DNA of 64,000 bases from Spirochaetota bacterium (GCA_963664815.2 CAXXHB010000003.1:2784001-2848000); one strand, 5' to 3'; counted from the first letter of the stretch, positions 50,073-61,664 are shown. Made by a program: numbers and translations. The notes: generated from the sequence alone by a model not told the origin.

Positions 50073-51924
50073 CAGCTTTCTGAATAATGCAGCTGTTCCA
50101 TCTACTCCACTATGCTTCTTTATAATATCTGTAATACTTAATTCTTATATTCACATCACCGGGATATATGCCATATTGTTCTCAATTGTTTTTTTTCTCT
50201 TATTTGTAATCACCTTATTGTTTACTTTATACAAATTCAAAAATTATTTTATCAGTTTAAAAACAATAATTATTTTCATTCCGATAATTATTGCAGTCTG
50301 TTGTCTGATAATGGTTTTTTTTAAATACAAAATCGGAAATCTCACTGAAGAAAAGGATTTACCAGATTACATAAATAATACTTCATTAGTCATCGATGAG
50401 ATAAACCTGAAACGTTACTCTTCCGATGTTTATTTCCATACAACAGGAGAAAAAACCAATGCTATTAAAGGGATTATCTATTATAATGGCATACCTGATT
50501 TCAACAAAGATGACATTATATTCATACACCACAAAATAAAAAAAATAAAAAATGGCACAGGAAGTTCCTTTAATTATTACCTGATCTCCAGAGGTATACA
50601 CTATGCAGCAGGATTAGCTGAAAACGATATTACAATTATAACAAAAAATAAGCTTTCTTCTCATGCATATTTACAAAAAGCTCTTCTAAATAAAATTGAT
50701 CTTATTTTTAAAGAGCCCTCTTCCGGAGTAATAAAAGCTCTCCTTACAGGAAATCAGAATTATGTAAATAAAAATATTCTCATACAATATCGCAACTCCG
50801 GTGTTCTGCACAGTCTGTCTGCGTCAGGATTGCATGTGGCTGTATTCGCAGCAATACCATCTTTTCTATTAATTCCCCTTTTAAGAAAAAACATAGCCAT
50901 GTCTGTTTCTCTATTTACTGTACTATTATATCTTTATATTACCGATATACCGATCCCGTTGATACGTGCTGTTATAATGTTTGGCCTGTTCTATTTACAA
51001 TCATTGCTTTTCAGGAAAAGAAATGTTTTTAATTATCTAATGCTTACATGTTCGATAATCCTGATATTTTCTCCATGGGAAATCTTCAGTCCGGGATTCC
51101 AGCTTAGTTTTGCTGCAACTGCAGGGATTCTTATTTTTTATAAACAGTACAAGTATTCGCTGAGAAGTCTCCCGGATAAAATATCAGGTTCCATTGCTGT
51201 TACAATGTCAGCACAGATAATGACAATACCAATAGTCCTTTTCCATATGAACCAGCTGAATCTGTCAGGATTAGCAGCAAATATAGTTGTAATTCCACTT
51301 ATTTCACTGATAATGGGAACTGCTGTATTTACAATTATAATATCATTCGTTTCAATTAATTCGGCAATTGCTTCAGGATATATGACAGATCTGATTTTTA
51401 AACTATCAGCTTTAATTACAAACTTTTTCAGCGAATTAAGACTCAATTTTTTTGTCTTTGATATTACACCGTTATTAATACTGTTATTACTTCTAAGTTT
51501 AGTACCTGTTATTAACAACCGCAAATCGATGAAACTGAGATTTTATCCTGTTATAATATCCACTCTTCTCTGTGTTATTTACATGAAAAAATATTACCAG
51601 AATAATGAAGACCGTTATGTAATTACAGATCAAAACTCAAAAGCAGATATTATTATTGAGAATAATCTGCATGTTTTAAAACTTGATTTAAAAGAAGGTG
51701 TTGACATTGAGAAGATCGTTTCCGGAATTAAAAGTAAAAATTATGATATTAGAATTATCGAACTTTCCAGCATCAGTAATTCGAATCTGCTTGTATCAGG
51801 AAAGATTTTAAATGATTATATAATTGATGAATACAGGTTTCCCCTGATACCGGATCCAGACATTATTTTCAGGAAACTGATTTTTCAACTTGAAAAAGAT
51901 AATATAATTATAAAATTTAGATAG
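50038..51924 (+). CDS. comEC: ComEC/Rec2 competence channel (start uncertain)
   Basis: ALLTG, SGVLHSLSASGLHV, 'IRAVIM', 'PGFQLSFAATAGI'. Confidence 0.88.
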   Translation: MSVSSLKSEGYSSFLNNAAVPSTPLCFFIISVILNSYIHITGIYAILFSIVFFLLFVITLLFTLYKFKNYFISLKTIIIFIPIIIAVCCLIMVFFKYKIGNLTEEKDLPDYINNTSLVIDEINLKRYSSDVYFHTTGEKTNAIKGIIYYNGIPDFNKDDIIFIHHKIKKIKNGTGSSFNYYLISRGIHYAAGLAENDITIITKNKLSSHAYLQKALLNKIDLIFKEPSSGVIKALLTGNQNYVNKNILIQYRNSGVLHSLSASGLHVAVFAAIPSFLLIPLLRKNIAMSVSLFTVLLYLYITDIPIPLIRAVIMFGLFYLQSLLFRKRNVFNYLMLTCSIILIFSPWEIFSPGFQLSFAATAGILIFYKQYKYSLRSLPDKISGSIAVTMSAQIMTIPIVLFHMNQLNLSGLAANIVVIPLISLIMGTAVFTIIISFVSINSAIASGYMTDLIFKLSALITNFFSELRLNFFVFDITPLLILLLLLSLVPVINNRKSMKLRFYPVIISTLLCVIYMKKYYQNNEDRYVITDQNSKADIIIENNLHVLKLDLKEGVDIEKIVSGIKSKNYDIRIIELSSISNSNLLVSGKILNDYIIDEYRFPLIPDPDIIFRKLIFQLEKDNIIIKFR

Positions 51925-51996
51925 TTATATCTTTATTTTATAATAATCCGCCGATATTATAATTGATAAACCAAAATGATTAAATGATTTTAAAAT

Positions 51997-53484
51997 ATGA
52001 TAATTGATAATAAAAATTATAGTGATAAAATATTGAATGGTGAAGAAGTTTCATTCTCTTTCCGATTTATTGATGATAAGTCTCTGTTACTTATTAATAC
52101 ACTGATACTCAGAGTTCTGTCATCACAGGGCAACATTTTCCTTCTTGAAACAATAATTACAATAATCAGAGAAATAGTTTTCAACGCTTTTAAAGCAAAT
52201 CTTAAAAGAATCTATTTTGAAAAATTGAATATTGATATCAATGACAATTCAAAATATGAATTCTACATGAAAAATTTTAAGGAAGACTACTTATACAACC
52301 TGAGCGAGATTGAACCGGAAATTACAGCAAACCAGAACTATTATATTCAGGTTACTTTTGAACAGAAAGAAAATATCCTCAATATTTCAGTTTTTAATAA
52401 TGTTGAAATTATTCAAGAGGAATATGAACGGATCCGATCAAGAATTGAACAATCAAAAATTTCACAAAATTTAGCTGATGCATATAATGATGTATATGAT
52501 CCTACCGAAGGAGCCGGATTAGGTCTTGTATTGATGGTTTTTCTTTTAAAAAACTCCGGCATTGGTGCAGATAATCTATTAATTACCCATGATCTTAAAG
52601 GTATAACGGTCAGAATAAGTATTCCTAAACAGCTCAAGGAAGAGTCTATAATTTCTGATGTAAAAACAAAAATTCTGAAAGACGTGGACTCTCTGCCTAC
52701 ATTCCCGGAAAATATACTTGAACTTCAGAGACTCTGCAATAACAAAGAATCATCAATTGATGAAATATCTGAAAAAATATCCCGTGATCCTGCGCTAACA
52801 GCTGATGTTATTAAACTGTCAAACTCAGCAGGATTTGTCCCTGGTAAAAAGATTTCTACGATTAAAGATGCAGTAAAAATAATAGGGCTTAAAAATCTTT
52901 ATCTGATACTTACTGCCAGTACTGCTAAAACAATACTTGGAAACAAATATAAAAAATTTGAAACAATCTGGGAACATTGTGTCCGCGTCGCATATTATTC
53001 CCGTCAGATTGCAAAGATGAAACACCTCGGGAACATTGCTGACACAGCTTTTATAACCGGTTTACTGCATGATATCGGTAAAATTGTTCTGCTCTCGGCG
53101 GATGAAAAAATTATTAATACAATTTCTGAAATCACAAAGAATAAACAACTAAGATCATCCACTATTCTTGAAGAAATTTCTGTCGGTATCAGCCACGCGG
53201 AGATAGGCCGACTAATCGCAGAAAAATGGAATTTTCCGGATGATCTTAAAATGTCTATTGCCGATCACCACTCCCCTCTAAATGCCGAACCTGCCAACAG
53301 GGATCTTTCATTTATTATATATTTTGCCAATATGTTATGCGGAATTGAAACTAATAAATATAACTATTACTACATCGAGACCGATGTTTTAAGCTGGTTT
53401 AAACTCGGTTCAATGGAACAGTTGCAGAATTTTCATCAGAAAGTAAAACAAAGTTACAATGACCAACAAATGTCACCGGGTTAA
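51997..53484 (+). CDS. HATPase-like + HDOD signalling protein
   Basis: 'REIVFNAFKAN', 'EGAGLGL'; 'LPTFP..DPALTADVIKLSNSA', LLHDIGK, W.FP. Confidence 0.88.
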   Translation: MIIDNKNYSDKILNGEEVSFSFRFIDDKSLLLINTLILRVLSSQGNIFLLETIITIIREIVFNAFKANLKRIYFEKLNIDINDNSKYEFYMKNFKEDYLYNLSEIEPEITANQNYYIQVTFEQKENILNISVFNNVEIIQEEYERIRSRIEQSKISQNLADAYNDVYDPTEGAGLGLVLMVFLLKNSGIGADNLLITHDLKGITVRISIPKQLKEESIISDVKTKILKDVDSLPTFPENILELQRLCNNKESSIDEISEKISRDPALTADVIKLSNSAGFVPGKKISTIKDAVKIIGLKNLYLILTASTAKTILGNKYKKFETIWEHCVRVAYYSRQIAKMKHLGNIADTAFITGLLHDIGKIVLLSADEKIINTISEITKNKQLRSSTILEEISVGISHAEIGRLIAEKWNFPDDLKMSIADHHSPLNAEPANRDLSFIIYFANMLCGIETNKYNYYYIETDVLSWFKLGSMEQLQNFHQKVKQSYNDQQMSPG

Positions 53485-53490
53485 CTGGAG

Positions 53491-55197
53491 ATGCATGATT
53501 TTTCAATTACTGATACCAAAACCGGATTTAAAACACTCTCTATTATAAGTAAAGAAAGCGGCAGAGAGATAAAACTTCATTCATCCTATGATCCGGATAA
53601 AGAAGCTGAACGAAGCATAGATGCATTCGATAAAGGGAAATCATCTATAATTTTAGTATCAGGTGTCGGCCTTGCATATCATCTGAAATATATAAAAAAA
53701 AAATATCCTGATGTCAGGATTATTGCACTTGAAAAAGAAAAAGAAATTATAAAAATATGTCTTAAACTCTATCCTGAATATCTTGAAAATATTGCAATAA
53801 TCAATACTGCTGACGACCTCGGAATGATTTTCGAGACAATGAATCTTGCAGATTTTAAAGGGATCGCACATTATATTCACAAACCATCATATCAGCTTAA
53901 TACTGAATTTTATGAAAAGATAATATCAACGATTAAACTGTATATATCTTCCCGTATAAGTGATCTTCTCACCAGATTCGAATTTGAAGAAAAATGGATT
54001 GAAAATATTTTCAGGAATTTAAAACATCTTGAAACTGCCGGAAATGTATCACAGTTATTCGGTAAATTTAAAGGATGCCCGGGAGTAATTGTTTCTGCTG
54101 GCCCATCTCTTAGAAATAATATCAATGAATTAAAAAAAATTAAAAACAAAGCTGTAATAATTGCAGTTGATACCTCTTTTAAAATTCTTGAAAAACATGG
54201 TATAAAACCTCATTTTGTACTGACACTGGACGCACAAAAACAGAGCTTCAAACATTTTTCCGGTATAAATGTTGAGAACACGATACTAATTGCAGATATA
54301 GTAAGTTGCCCTTCCATTCTGAACACATATCCCGGTAGAAAGATAATAAGCACTACTTCAAAATATTTCCAGGATGCAAATGGTGAAATTATCCGCGAGA
54401 CAACGCCTGTAATTGACTGGATAGAAAAACAAAGCGGTCAATTAGGAGACGTTCAATCCGGAGGTTCTGTTGCCACCAGCGCTTTTGATCTGCTTCTGAA
54501 TATGGGCTGTAATCCTGTTGTTCTGGTAGGTCAGGACCTGGCATATTCAGGAAGAGAGTACCATTGCAGCGGAACTTACCATAATGATGACTGGATCCCG
54601 AATATAAACAGACTGAATAATCTTGATACTATTAATCAGAATATTATCAGAAAAAGAAAAACAAAATATGTAACTAAATATGGCAGTCAAGGAACGGTTA
54701 TATCTGACTTTGTGTTTGATTTATATAAATCATGGTTTGAAGATTCTGCGGATAGAGTATCAATATCTGTTGTAAATTCTACCTGCGGCGGATCAAAGAT
54801 TAAAAATACTGTAGAGATGGAATTAGTTGACGCAATTAAAAAAAATAAAAACAATATTGATCCTTCACCAACTATCGAAAAAATCGCATCAACCGGAACT
54901 GATATCGACATAACAGTTTTAAAAGCTGCATTGTCAGATGCATATAATAAATTGAATGAAATTATTGACTTAACGAACTCTGATGATCCGGACGAAACTG
55001 TTATTGAAAGAATTAATTCATTGCTGGATAATGAGGATATACATGCCTTAATGAAACCACTTATGAGAAAATCTCAATTTTATATTTCAAGGCACTCATT
55101 TGAAGCAGATAAAACTAAAAATATTGTATATAATGATGTAAGAATATCTGCCCGAAAAATATCCGGATTTATAAAATCATCTGGTATGATCGGGTAA
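53491..55197 (+). CDS. Motility accessory factor (Maf/DUF115, MptE-like) family protein
   Basis: LHSSYDP, SAGPSL, GGSVA, LVGQDLAY. Confidence 0.88.
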   Translation: MHDFSITDTKTGFKTLSIISKESGREIKLHSSYDPDKEAERSIDAFDKGKSSIILVSGVGLAYHLKYIKKKYPDVRIIALEKEKEIIKICLKLYPEYLENIAIINTADDLGMIFETMNLADFKGIAHYIHKPSYQLNTEFYEKIISTIKLYISSRISDLLTRFEFEEKWIENIFRNLKHLETAGNVSQLFGKFKGCPGVIVSAGPSLRNNINELKKIKNKAVIIAVDTSFKILEKHGIKPHFVLTLDAQKQSFKHFSGINVENTILIADIVSCPSILNTYPGRKIISTTSKYFQDANGEIIRETTPVIDWIEKQSGQLGDVQSGGSVATSAFDLLLNMGCNPVVLVGQDLAYSGREYHCSGTYHNDDWIPNINRLNNLDTINQNIIRKRKTKYVTKYGSQGTVISDFVFDLYKSWFEDSADRVSISVVNSTCGGSKIKNTVEMELVDAIKKNKNNIDPSPTIEKIASTGTDIDITVLKAALSDAYNKLNEIIDLTNSDDPDETVIERINSLLDNEDIHALMKPLMRKSQFYISRHSFEADKTKNIVYNDVRISARKISGFIKSSGMIG

Positions 55198-55244
55198 TTA
55201 AGATACCAGGATAATTTTTAAATTATGACATTACGGATGAAAAG

Positions 55245-56066
55245 ATGAAGAAAAAAATTTTATACATCATATTAATACTCTCATTTTCAGAATATACATT
55301 TGCAGGAAATATAAACAGTCATATTGACTGGATCGAATATAAAGTAAAGGCAGTCGGGAATAGCAGTATGGCTATTGATGAAAACGGTTCACCCATTGAC
55401 ATGGAAACCGGAAAACAACTTTCAATTACTGATGCAAGAAATATTTCGTATGAGAGAGCTAAAGAAAAAGCCCTTATTGAGGCTATTAATATTATAAGTA
55501 ATATTGATGTTGATACAGAAAAAAAAATGAAAGACCTGATTCTTAATGATCCCGTAGTAAGACAAAAAATCTCAAGAATCATTGAAGAACAGTCACATTA
55601 TAAAGACAAACCATCCAGTTATCTTTCATCAATATGTGAATTGGAATTTAATCTTGGATATCTGCTAACTGCCATTAATTATCCTTTTCCATACGAGAAT
55701 TTCCCGTTAAGAAATGATATTGAAATCCCGACGATGTATACATCATTAATAATTGATGTAAGAAGTCTTGGAATAAAACCTATGCTGATTCCATCTGTTC
55801 TTAATGAAAATGGTCTTGAAATTTATAATAAAAATTTTATAAATCCATCCGATGCCGTAAAGTACGGTCCCGTATCTTATGTTTACAATGAAAAAGATGC
55901 GATCAAACATAAAAAAGCAGGCAAACACCCTCTATTTTGTTCTGCTCTGAAAAATATGAATGGCAACCCTGTAATTTCAGACATTGATGTAAAAAAGATA
56001 TTGAGTCATAAAAAAAATATTGAATATTTAAGTAAATGCAGAGTAATATTTATAATCAACAGGTAA
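55245..56066 (+). CDS. Exported hypothetical protein (LPP20-like)
   Basis: Signal peptide; 'IDW...VKAVG', 'YTSLIIDVRSLGIKPMLIPSVLNENG'. Confidence 0.65.
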   Translation: MKKKILYIILILSFSEYTFAGNINSHIDWIEYKVKAVGNSSMAIDENGSPIDMETGKQLSITDARNISYERAKEKALIEAINIISNIDVDTEKKMKDLILNDPVVRQKISRIIEEQSHYKDKPSSYLSSICELEFNLGYLLTAINYPFPYENFPLRNDIEIPTMYTSLIIDVRSLGIKPMLIPSVLNENGLEIYNKNFINPSDAVKYGPVSYVYNEKDAIKHKKAGKHPLFCSALKNMNGNPVISDIDVKKILSHKKNIEYLSKCRVIFIINR

Positions 56067-56070
56067 TTAA

Positions 56071-56745
56071 ATGAATCCAGTTTTTAAAATACTATCTTCA
56101 ATAATTATAAAAATCAATAATATCATTGATTCCATGAGTCTTAAAAATATAGAAGCCATAAAAAGGGGTTTCTACTTTTTTATTTTTGTAATGTCAGTAG
56201 CCGGAATAATTTTTGGATACAATATGGGAACCAAATCCGCTAAAATTAAAAGCGATCCCCTTGCAGAATTTGTAAATGATACATTTAAGATTGACATCAA
56301 CAAAGAAAAAGCCGATGGAGATTTTTCACAATTACTTGAAAGTGAAATTATTAATGAATCCCCTATAAATAATTTTAATAAAACCAGTTTCCCAATAAGA
56401 GAAAATCTCAATCCTGAAATAAACAAAGAGGCGATTGAGTCAGCAAATAAAATTCCGGAACCTGATGTTGCAGACAAGCCTTTAAAACCTGAAACACCAA
56501 TTGATGAAAAAAATAATTCAATCCAGAATGTAGAAAATCAATCTGTAAAAATAGTAGATAAACAATTTAAAGAAAACAAGACAGATGGTATTATAATCAA
56601 AAATATTGATGAACAAAAAATAACCCCTGAAAATAAAACCAGAGAAGATAAAGTAAAAAATAAAAACATAATTGATATTATTGAAAAAGATAAAAAAGTT
56701 GTTCCGGAGCCAATAAAAAAAGATACTGGAATTATTAATAAATGA
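56071..56745 (+). CDS. Single-TM hypothetical protein with low-complexity C-terminus
   Basis: TM 'FYFFIFVMSVAGIIFG'; ATGA overlap with next gene. Confidence 0.7.
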   Translation: MNPVFKILSSIIIKINNIIDSMSLKNIEAIKRGFYFFIFVMSVAGIIFGYNMGTKSAKIKSDPLAEFVNDTFKIDINKEKADGDFSQLLESEIINESPINNFNKTSFPIRENLNPEINKEAIESANKIPEPDVADKPLKPETPIDEKNNSIQNVENQSVKIVDKQFKENKTDGIIIKNIDEQKITPENKTREDKVKNKNIIDIIEKDKKVVPEPIKKDTGIINK

Positions 56746-57620
56746 AAAATTTCACACTAATACTCCTGATTCTTTTCACAATCCCTGTATTTTCAAAAGA
56801 TTATCATAAAACTGAAGAGATGATCAATAGTATTCTTAAGGAAGAAAGCAATACAAACAGCAAAGCAACAGAACAGACAGTTATATCTTCCGATGAAAAA
56901 ACTTCTGGAAAAGACAAAGAAAATATTAAAAATACGGGAGATGAGAAAAATACAAAAAACCAGAATACAGCAATGTCAGGCAATGATGAAGTTCTTCTGA
57001 AAACAGGGATACAATTATTTGAAAGCGGACTTCTTGATCATTCTCTTGCAAGATTTACAGATTTAATTAAAAATTATCCGACAAGTAAATTTTTAAATAA
57101 TGCACGCATGTTCGCAGGTAAAATATACTTAAAAAAATATCAGTATGATGACGCGATAAAACAATTTGATGAGATTAAAGAACAATCCGGTGAATACCAG
57201 GCAGCATTGTTTTATAAAGCAGAAGCTTACAGATATAAAGGTGATCAGATAAACGCAATTGAATATTATCAGAAATTATCATCCTCTTATCCTGAAAATG
57301 AACTTGCAGATAATGCAATTTTAGCTGCAGGCAAGCTTTATCTGAACAGTAATAAAGGTTATCAGTCACTTGAATGTGCAATAAAGATTATACGTTATTA
57401 CAAAGAAAGAGAAACTATTGATGATGCCTATTATCTTATCGCTAAAATATATGAAAAAGATCCCATTCTAAAAGATCTTGAAATGTCCAGAAAATTTTAT
57501 AAACTTTTTCTCCAGAAAGCAGAACAGAATCAAAAGTATTTCTCTGATTCCCCTCTCATACCGGTAATTAATAAAGATCTAGAGCATCTAGAAAAAACAT
57601 ACTTTAAATTTGAGAATTGA
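56742..57620 (+). CDS. Exported TPR protein (BamD/CpoB-like)
   Basis: 'LIKNYPTSKF..NA', 'YQKLSSSYPENELADNA'. Confidence 0.8.
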   Translation: MKNFTLILLILFTIPVFSKDYHKTEEMINSILKEESNTNSKATEQTVISSDEKTSGKDKENIKNTGDEKNTKNQNTAMSGNDEVLLKTGIQLFESGLLDHSLARFTDLIKNYPTSKFLNNARMFAGKIYLKKYQYDDAIKQFDEIKEQSGEYQAALFYKAEAYRYKGDQINAIEYYQKLSSSYPENELADNAILAAGKLYLNSNKGYQSLECAIKIIRYYKERETIDDAYYLIAKIYEKDPILKDLEMSRKFYKLFLQKAEQNQKYFSDSPLIPVINKDLEHLEKTYFKFEN

Positions 57621-57660
57621 ACACTTTACAATATTATATTTTTACACTATATTTATCTAC

Positions 57661-57696
57661 AAAAAAGACTGCCTTTGCGGACAGTCTCTTTTTTTT
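57661..57696. terminator. Bidirectional terminator
   Basis: A6-GACTGCC..GGACAGTC-T-tract between convergent genes. Confidence 0.65.
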
Positions 57697-57718
57697 ATAT
57701 ATAGTATGCTGCTTCTCT

Positions 57719-59791
57719 TTATTTTTCTTTCTTTTTTTCTTCAATTTTCTTTAAAACTTTTTCCTGAACTTCTTTTGGGGAAGGAAGATATTTATGAAAC
57801 TCCATTGAATAATTCGCCCTGCCGCTTGAAATATTCCGGAGCTGTGTAGCATACCCGAACATCTCCATAAGTGGAACAAACCCATTAAGTTTTTGTGCAC
57901 CCTTCCTGTATCTTCTCATGGATTCAATCTTCCCTCTTCTTCTGTTAATATCACCGATTACATCTCCGATGTAATCATCGGGAGTATTTACCTCCAGCTT
58001 CATTATCGGTTCAAGAAGAATCGGATTACATTTTAAAAATGCCTGTTTAAAAGCAATAGCGGCACATATTCTAAAAGCCATATCAGAGGAATCTACATCA
58101 TGATATGTCCCGTCTATAAGGACAACTTTCACATCAACAATCGGGAATCCAGCCAGAATACCCATAGCAAGAGTTGATTCAATTCCTTTCTGAACAGATG
58201 GGATAAACTCTGCCGGGATTGCTCCCCCTTTAATATGATCTATAAATTCAAAACCTTTACCTTCATTCGGCTCAACACGCATGACAACATGAGCATACTG
58301 GCCTTTTCCTCCGGTCTGTTTTGAATGTTTGTAATTTACTTCATACTCGGAGGTTAATGTTTCCCTGAATGCAACTGAAGGTTCGCCAACTATTGCTTCT
58401 ACATTGAATTCATGCTTTAGTCTATCAATTATTATCTCAAGATGAAGTTCACCCATACCTGAAATAATTGTTTCATTGGTTTCATCATCATACCTCACAT
58501 TAAAAGACGGATCCTCCATAGCAAGTTTTCTTAACCCGGCTCCAAGTTTTTCATCTTCTTTCTTTGTTGGAGGAGCGACTTTCAACTCAATAACAGTCGG
58601 AGGTATAAAAATAGATTCAAGAAAAAGCGGATAGTCGGGGTCACAGAGAGTATCTCCAGTTTTGGTATACTTCATACCAATGAGAGCAACTATCTCTCCC
58701 GGGCCGGCAGTCTCAACATCCTCCCTTTCATTGGCACGTATTCTTAAAATACGGCCGATTCTCTCCTCTTTATCTTTTGTGGAATTATATACCTGCATCC
58801 CGGTTTTCATTTCTCCGGAATAGATCCTTACAAAAGTTTGCTGCCCTACATAATTGTCATGTATCAGTTTAAAAGCAAGCCCGCAAAAGGGATCTTTTGA
58901 AGAAGGGTGCCTTGTATGTGTTTTTTCAGGATTATCTATATCAAGACCTATTGTCGAACCAACGTCAACCGGAGATGGCAGGTAATCTACTATCGCATCA
59001 AGAAGCAGGTGGACGCCTTTATTTTTATAAGATGATCCGCAAAAGACTGGAGTTATCATTACTTTGAGAGTAGCTTCTCTTGCCGCTCTTTTCAGCAACT
59101 CGGTTTCCACATCTTTGCCTTCAAGGAATAGCTCCATTATCTCTTCATTGTAATCAGCAATTTTTTCAATCAGAAACTGCCTTGCCTCTTCGACCCTCTC
59201 TTTATACTCTGCTGGTATTTCAATTTCCCTTTTTGCATACTCTTCAAAAATGTATGCCTTTCTTTCTATAACATCAATCGATCCCTGAAAATTATCCTCA
59301 GCACCAATAGGAACATGAAATGGAACTGGATTTGCGTCGAGATACTTGTCCATCTGACTTACTGCTTCATTGAAATCAGCACCTATTCTATCCATTTTAT
59401 TGACAAATGCAATCCTTGGCACTTTATATCTGTCAGCCTGGTTCCAGACAGTTTCACTCTGAGGCTCAACACCTGATACAGCACAGAAAAGAGCAACCAT
59501 GCCATCTATTACCCGGAGTGATCTTTCAACTTCAACTGTGAAATCCACGTGACCTGGCGTATCAATAATGTTTATCTGATAATCTTTCCATGAACATGAG
59601 ATTGCCGCAGATGCAATAGTTATACCTCGCTCCTGTTCCTGTTTCATAAAATCCATTGTTGCCTGCCCATCATGGACTTCGCCGAGTTTTCTGGTAGTAC
59701 CGGTAAAAAAAAGTAGTCTCTCTGTAGTAGTAGTTTTTCCTGCATCAATATGTGCCGCAATACCGATATTACGGAGTTTTTGTAATGGCAT
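57719..59791 (-). CDS. fusA: Elongation factor G (stand-alone copy)
   Basis: [37 protein letters not shown]. Confidence 0.97.
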   Translation of the reverse strand: MPLQKLRNIGIAAHIDAGKTTTTERLLFFTGTTRKLGEVHDGQATMDFMKQEQERGITIASAAISCSWKDYQINIIDTPGHVDFTVEVERSLRVIDGMVALFCAVSGVEPQSETVWNQADRYKVPRIAFVNKMDRIGADFNEAVSQMDKYLDANPVPFHVPIGAEDNFQGSIDVIERKAYIFEEYAKREIEIPAEYKERVEEARQFLIEKIADYNEEIMELFLEGKDVETELLKRAAREATLKVMITPVFCGSSYKNKGVHLLLDAIVDYLPSPVDVGSTIGLDIDNPEKTHTRHPSSKDPFCGLAFKLIHDNYVGQQTFVRIYSGEMKTGMQVYNSTKDKEERIGRILRIRANEREDVETAGPGEIVALIGMKYTKTGDTLCDPDYPLFLESIFIPPTVIELKVAPPTKKEDEKLGAGLRKLAMEDPSFNVRYDDETNETIISGMGELHLEIIIDRLKHEFNVEAIVGEPSVAFRETLTSEYEVNYKHSKQTGGKGQYAHVVMRVEPNEGKGFEFIDHIKGGAIPAEFIPSVQKGIESTLAMGILAGFPIVDVKVVLIDGTYHDVDSSDMAFRICAAIAFKQAFLKCNPILLEPIMKLEVNTPDDYIGDVIGDINRRRGKIESMRRYRKGAQKLNGFVPLMEMFGYATQLRNISSGRANYSMEFHKYLPSPKEVQEKVLKKIEEKKKEK

Positions 59792-59955
59792 ATACACCTC
59801 ACCTGTTTATAATGACATAGTTATATAGAATTTAACTTATTTTCCGCCGGAAGTTTTTTATTGATTAATTACAAATATAAAGCCGGGCAATAATAAATTT
59901 TTCATATCAATCAAGTCAGGATGGCATATTCAAATCTGTGGTCATTTATGTCAAA

Positions 59956-60444
59956 TTATTTTTGATTTGTCGAAATTTTTAATAAATCAAGCTGTATTTC
60001 CGAATTATATGCAGCAGATGTACCTGGATGTTCTGCTACAATATAATTAAAAATTGATTCTGCTTTTGAATCAAACCCCATTTTTTTATAACATACACCT
60101 ATCTGAAAATATGCATCAATTCCCTCATCAGTATTACTGAATTCCTGGTAAAGCTGCCTATATGCATCTATTGCTTTCTGATAGTTAAAAAAACGTATAT
60201 GTATTTCTGCGATTTTTTTAAAAGCTTCATTCCGATGTATGCCATCATAGTATATTTCGATGTATTCATTGAATTCATCAAGAGCCCTGTCGAATTTTTC
60301 CAGTTTATAAAATTCTATCGCATTTTGAAACTTCATATCATCAGCAACTTTTTTTAAACTGGTATTACCAGCGTTTTCTCCGGCTGAAAAACATATCACT
60401 GAATATGATATCAAAAAGAAGAAAAACATAAGCTTTATTTTCAT
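59956..60444 (-). CDS. Exported TPR protein
   Basis: Signal peptide; three TPR-like repeats. Confidence 0.8.
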   Translation of the reverse strand: MKIKLMFFFFLISYSVICFSAGENAGNTSLKKVADDMKFQNAIEFYKLEKFDRALDEFNEYIEIYYDGIHRNEAFKKIAEIHIRFFNYQKAIDAYRQLYQEFSNTDEGIDAYFQIGVCYKKMGFDSKAESIFNYIVAEHPGTSAAYNSEIQLDLLKISTNQK

Positions 60445-60786
60445 TTTATCACCTATTATGTCACATTATATTTCATAATAATAATTAACTAACCAGAATT
60501 TAAATAATTATAAAAATAGATAATTAAACATGACTTTTAACTCAAAAGAGGTTTCTCCAGAGTCATCTATTAATAATAATTTTCTCAAATTAAGCTAAAT
60601 AATAAATATTGAAATCAATATTACATATTATAAGTTACTTGACAAACATTTTTTCGTTTATAATTAATAAAGATAATTTGTTTTCGACAGAGAAAAATAT
60701 TATTTTTGTTTAATACTGATATCTGAGTATCAGGATATATTATTCTGATACAATAAACATTAAAATTAACACTGGTTATATAAGTA

Positions 60787-61152
60787 ATGAAAAAAATCGC
60801 AATAATTGAAGATGACTTGGTTATCAGGGAAAGTCTTAAAGAGATCCTCGAAATGAATAATTACGAGGTTCTTGCTGTTGATAACGGAATGGATTTAACA
60901 AAAAAAGTTCATGAATTTCTCCCTGATATTCTCATCACTGATATAATTATGCCGGATAAAGATGGAATTGAAATAATAATAGAAGTAAAAAAAACATATC
61001 CCAACATAATACTTATTGCCATATCAGGCGGCGGCAGAATAGATTCAGAAAGTTATCTCAATACAGCCAAATATCTTGGTGCAGATGCAACTCTAAAAAA
61101 ACCATTTACTCATACTCAACTTCTAAATATTTTAAAACATTTTGCAGACTGA
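60787..61152 (+). CDS. Single-domain response regulator
   Basis: IEDD, TDIIMPDKDG, ISG, KPF. Confidence 0.95.
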   Translation: MKKIAIIEDDLVIRESLKEILEMNNYEVLAVDNGMDLTKKVHEFLPDILITDIIMPDKDGIEIIIEVKKTYPNIILIAISGGGRIDSESYLNTAKYLGADATLKKPFTHTQLLNILKHFAD

Positions 61153-61163
61153 TAACCAGAATA

Positions 61164-61652
61164 ATGTTTCCTGAAATTCGAGAAATCAATGATGAAAAAG
61201 ATTTAAAAAAATTTCTTCCTGTTATATTAAAGTCATTCGCAACAGTATCTGATGAATTTAATTTAACTAAAGAAAACGCTCCTACAAATCCTTCTTTTCT
61301 GACTATAGAAAGACTTAATGAAATTTATAAAAAAATCAGATGCTTCGGACTTTATTATAATGGTACTCCAATAGGATTTTTCGGACTTGAAGAATCAAAT
61401 GATTCACTGATTATATTGGAAAAACTCTCTGTCTTGCCAAGTTTCAGACATAATGGATATGGTAAAATGATTCTTGATTACTCGGTTAGTTTTGCCTATA
61501 ATAATAACTTTACATGTATATCAGCAGCAATAATAAACATGAACAAAAGACTTAAAGACTGGTATTTAAATTATGGTTTCAAAGAAACTAATATTACTAA
61601 CTTTGCTCATCTTCCCTTTGAGGTATGTTTCATGGAATTCACTGTTAAATAA
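61164..61652 (+). CDS. GNAT N-acetyltransferase
   Basis: LSVLPSFRHNGYG; WY..YGF. Confidence 0.9.
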   Translation: MFPEIREINDEKDLKKFLPVILKSFATVSDEFNLTKENAPTNPSFLTIERLNEIYKKIRCFGLYYNGTPIGFFGLEESNDSLIILEKLSVLPSFRHNGYGKMILDYSVSFAYNNNFTCISAAIINMNKRLKDWYLNYGFKETNITNFAHLPFEVCFMEFTVK

Positions 61653-61664
61653 GATATTCAAAAT

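Noticed and set aside
46250-57620. AT-rich block as a horizontally acquired island
   Set aside because: It contains lineage-typical genes (lolA, comEC, HDOD, maf), with no integrase, tRNA or boundary repeats
60639-60664. Perfect TTGACA and TATAAT upstream of the response regulator
   Set aside because: The spacer is 14 bp, too short for a canonical sigma70 promoter
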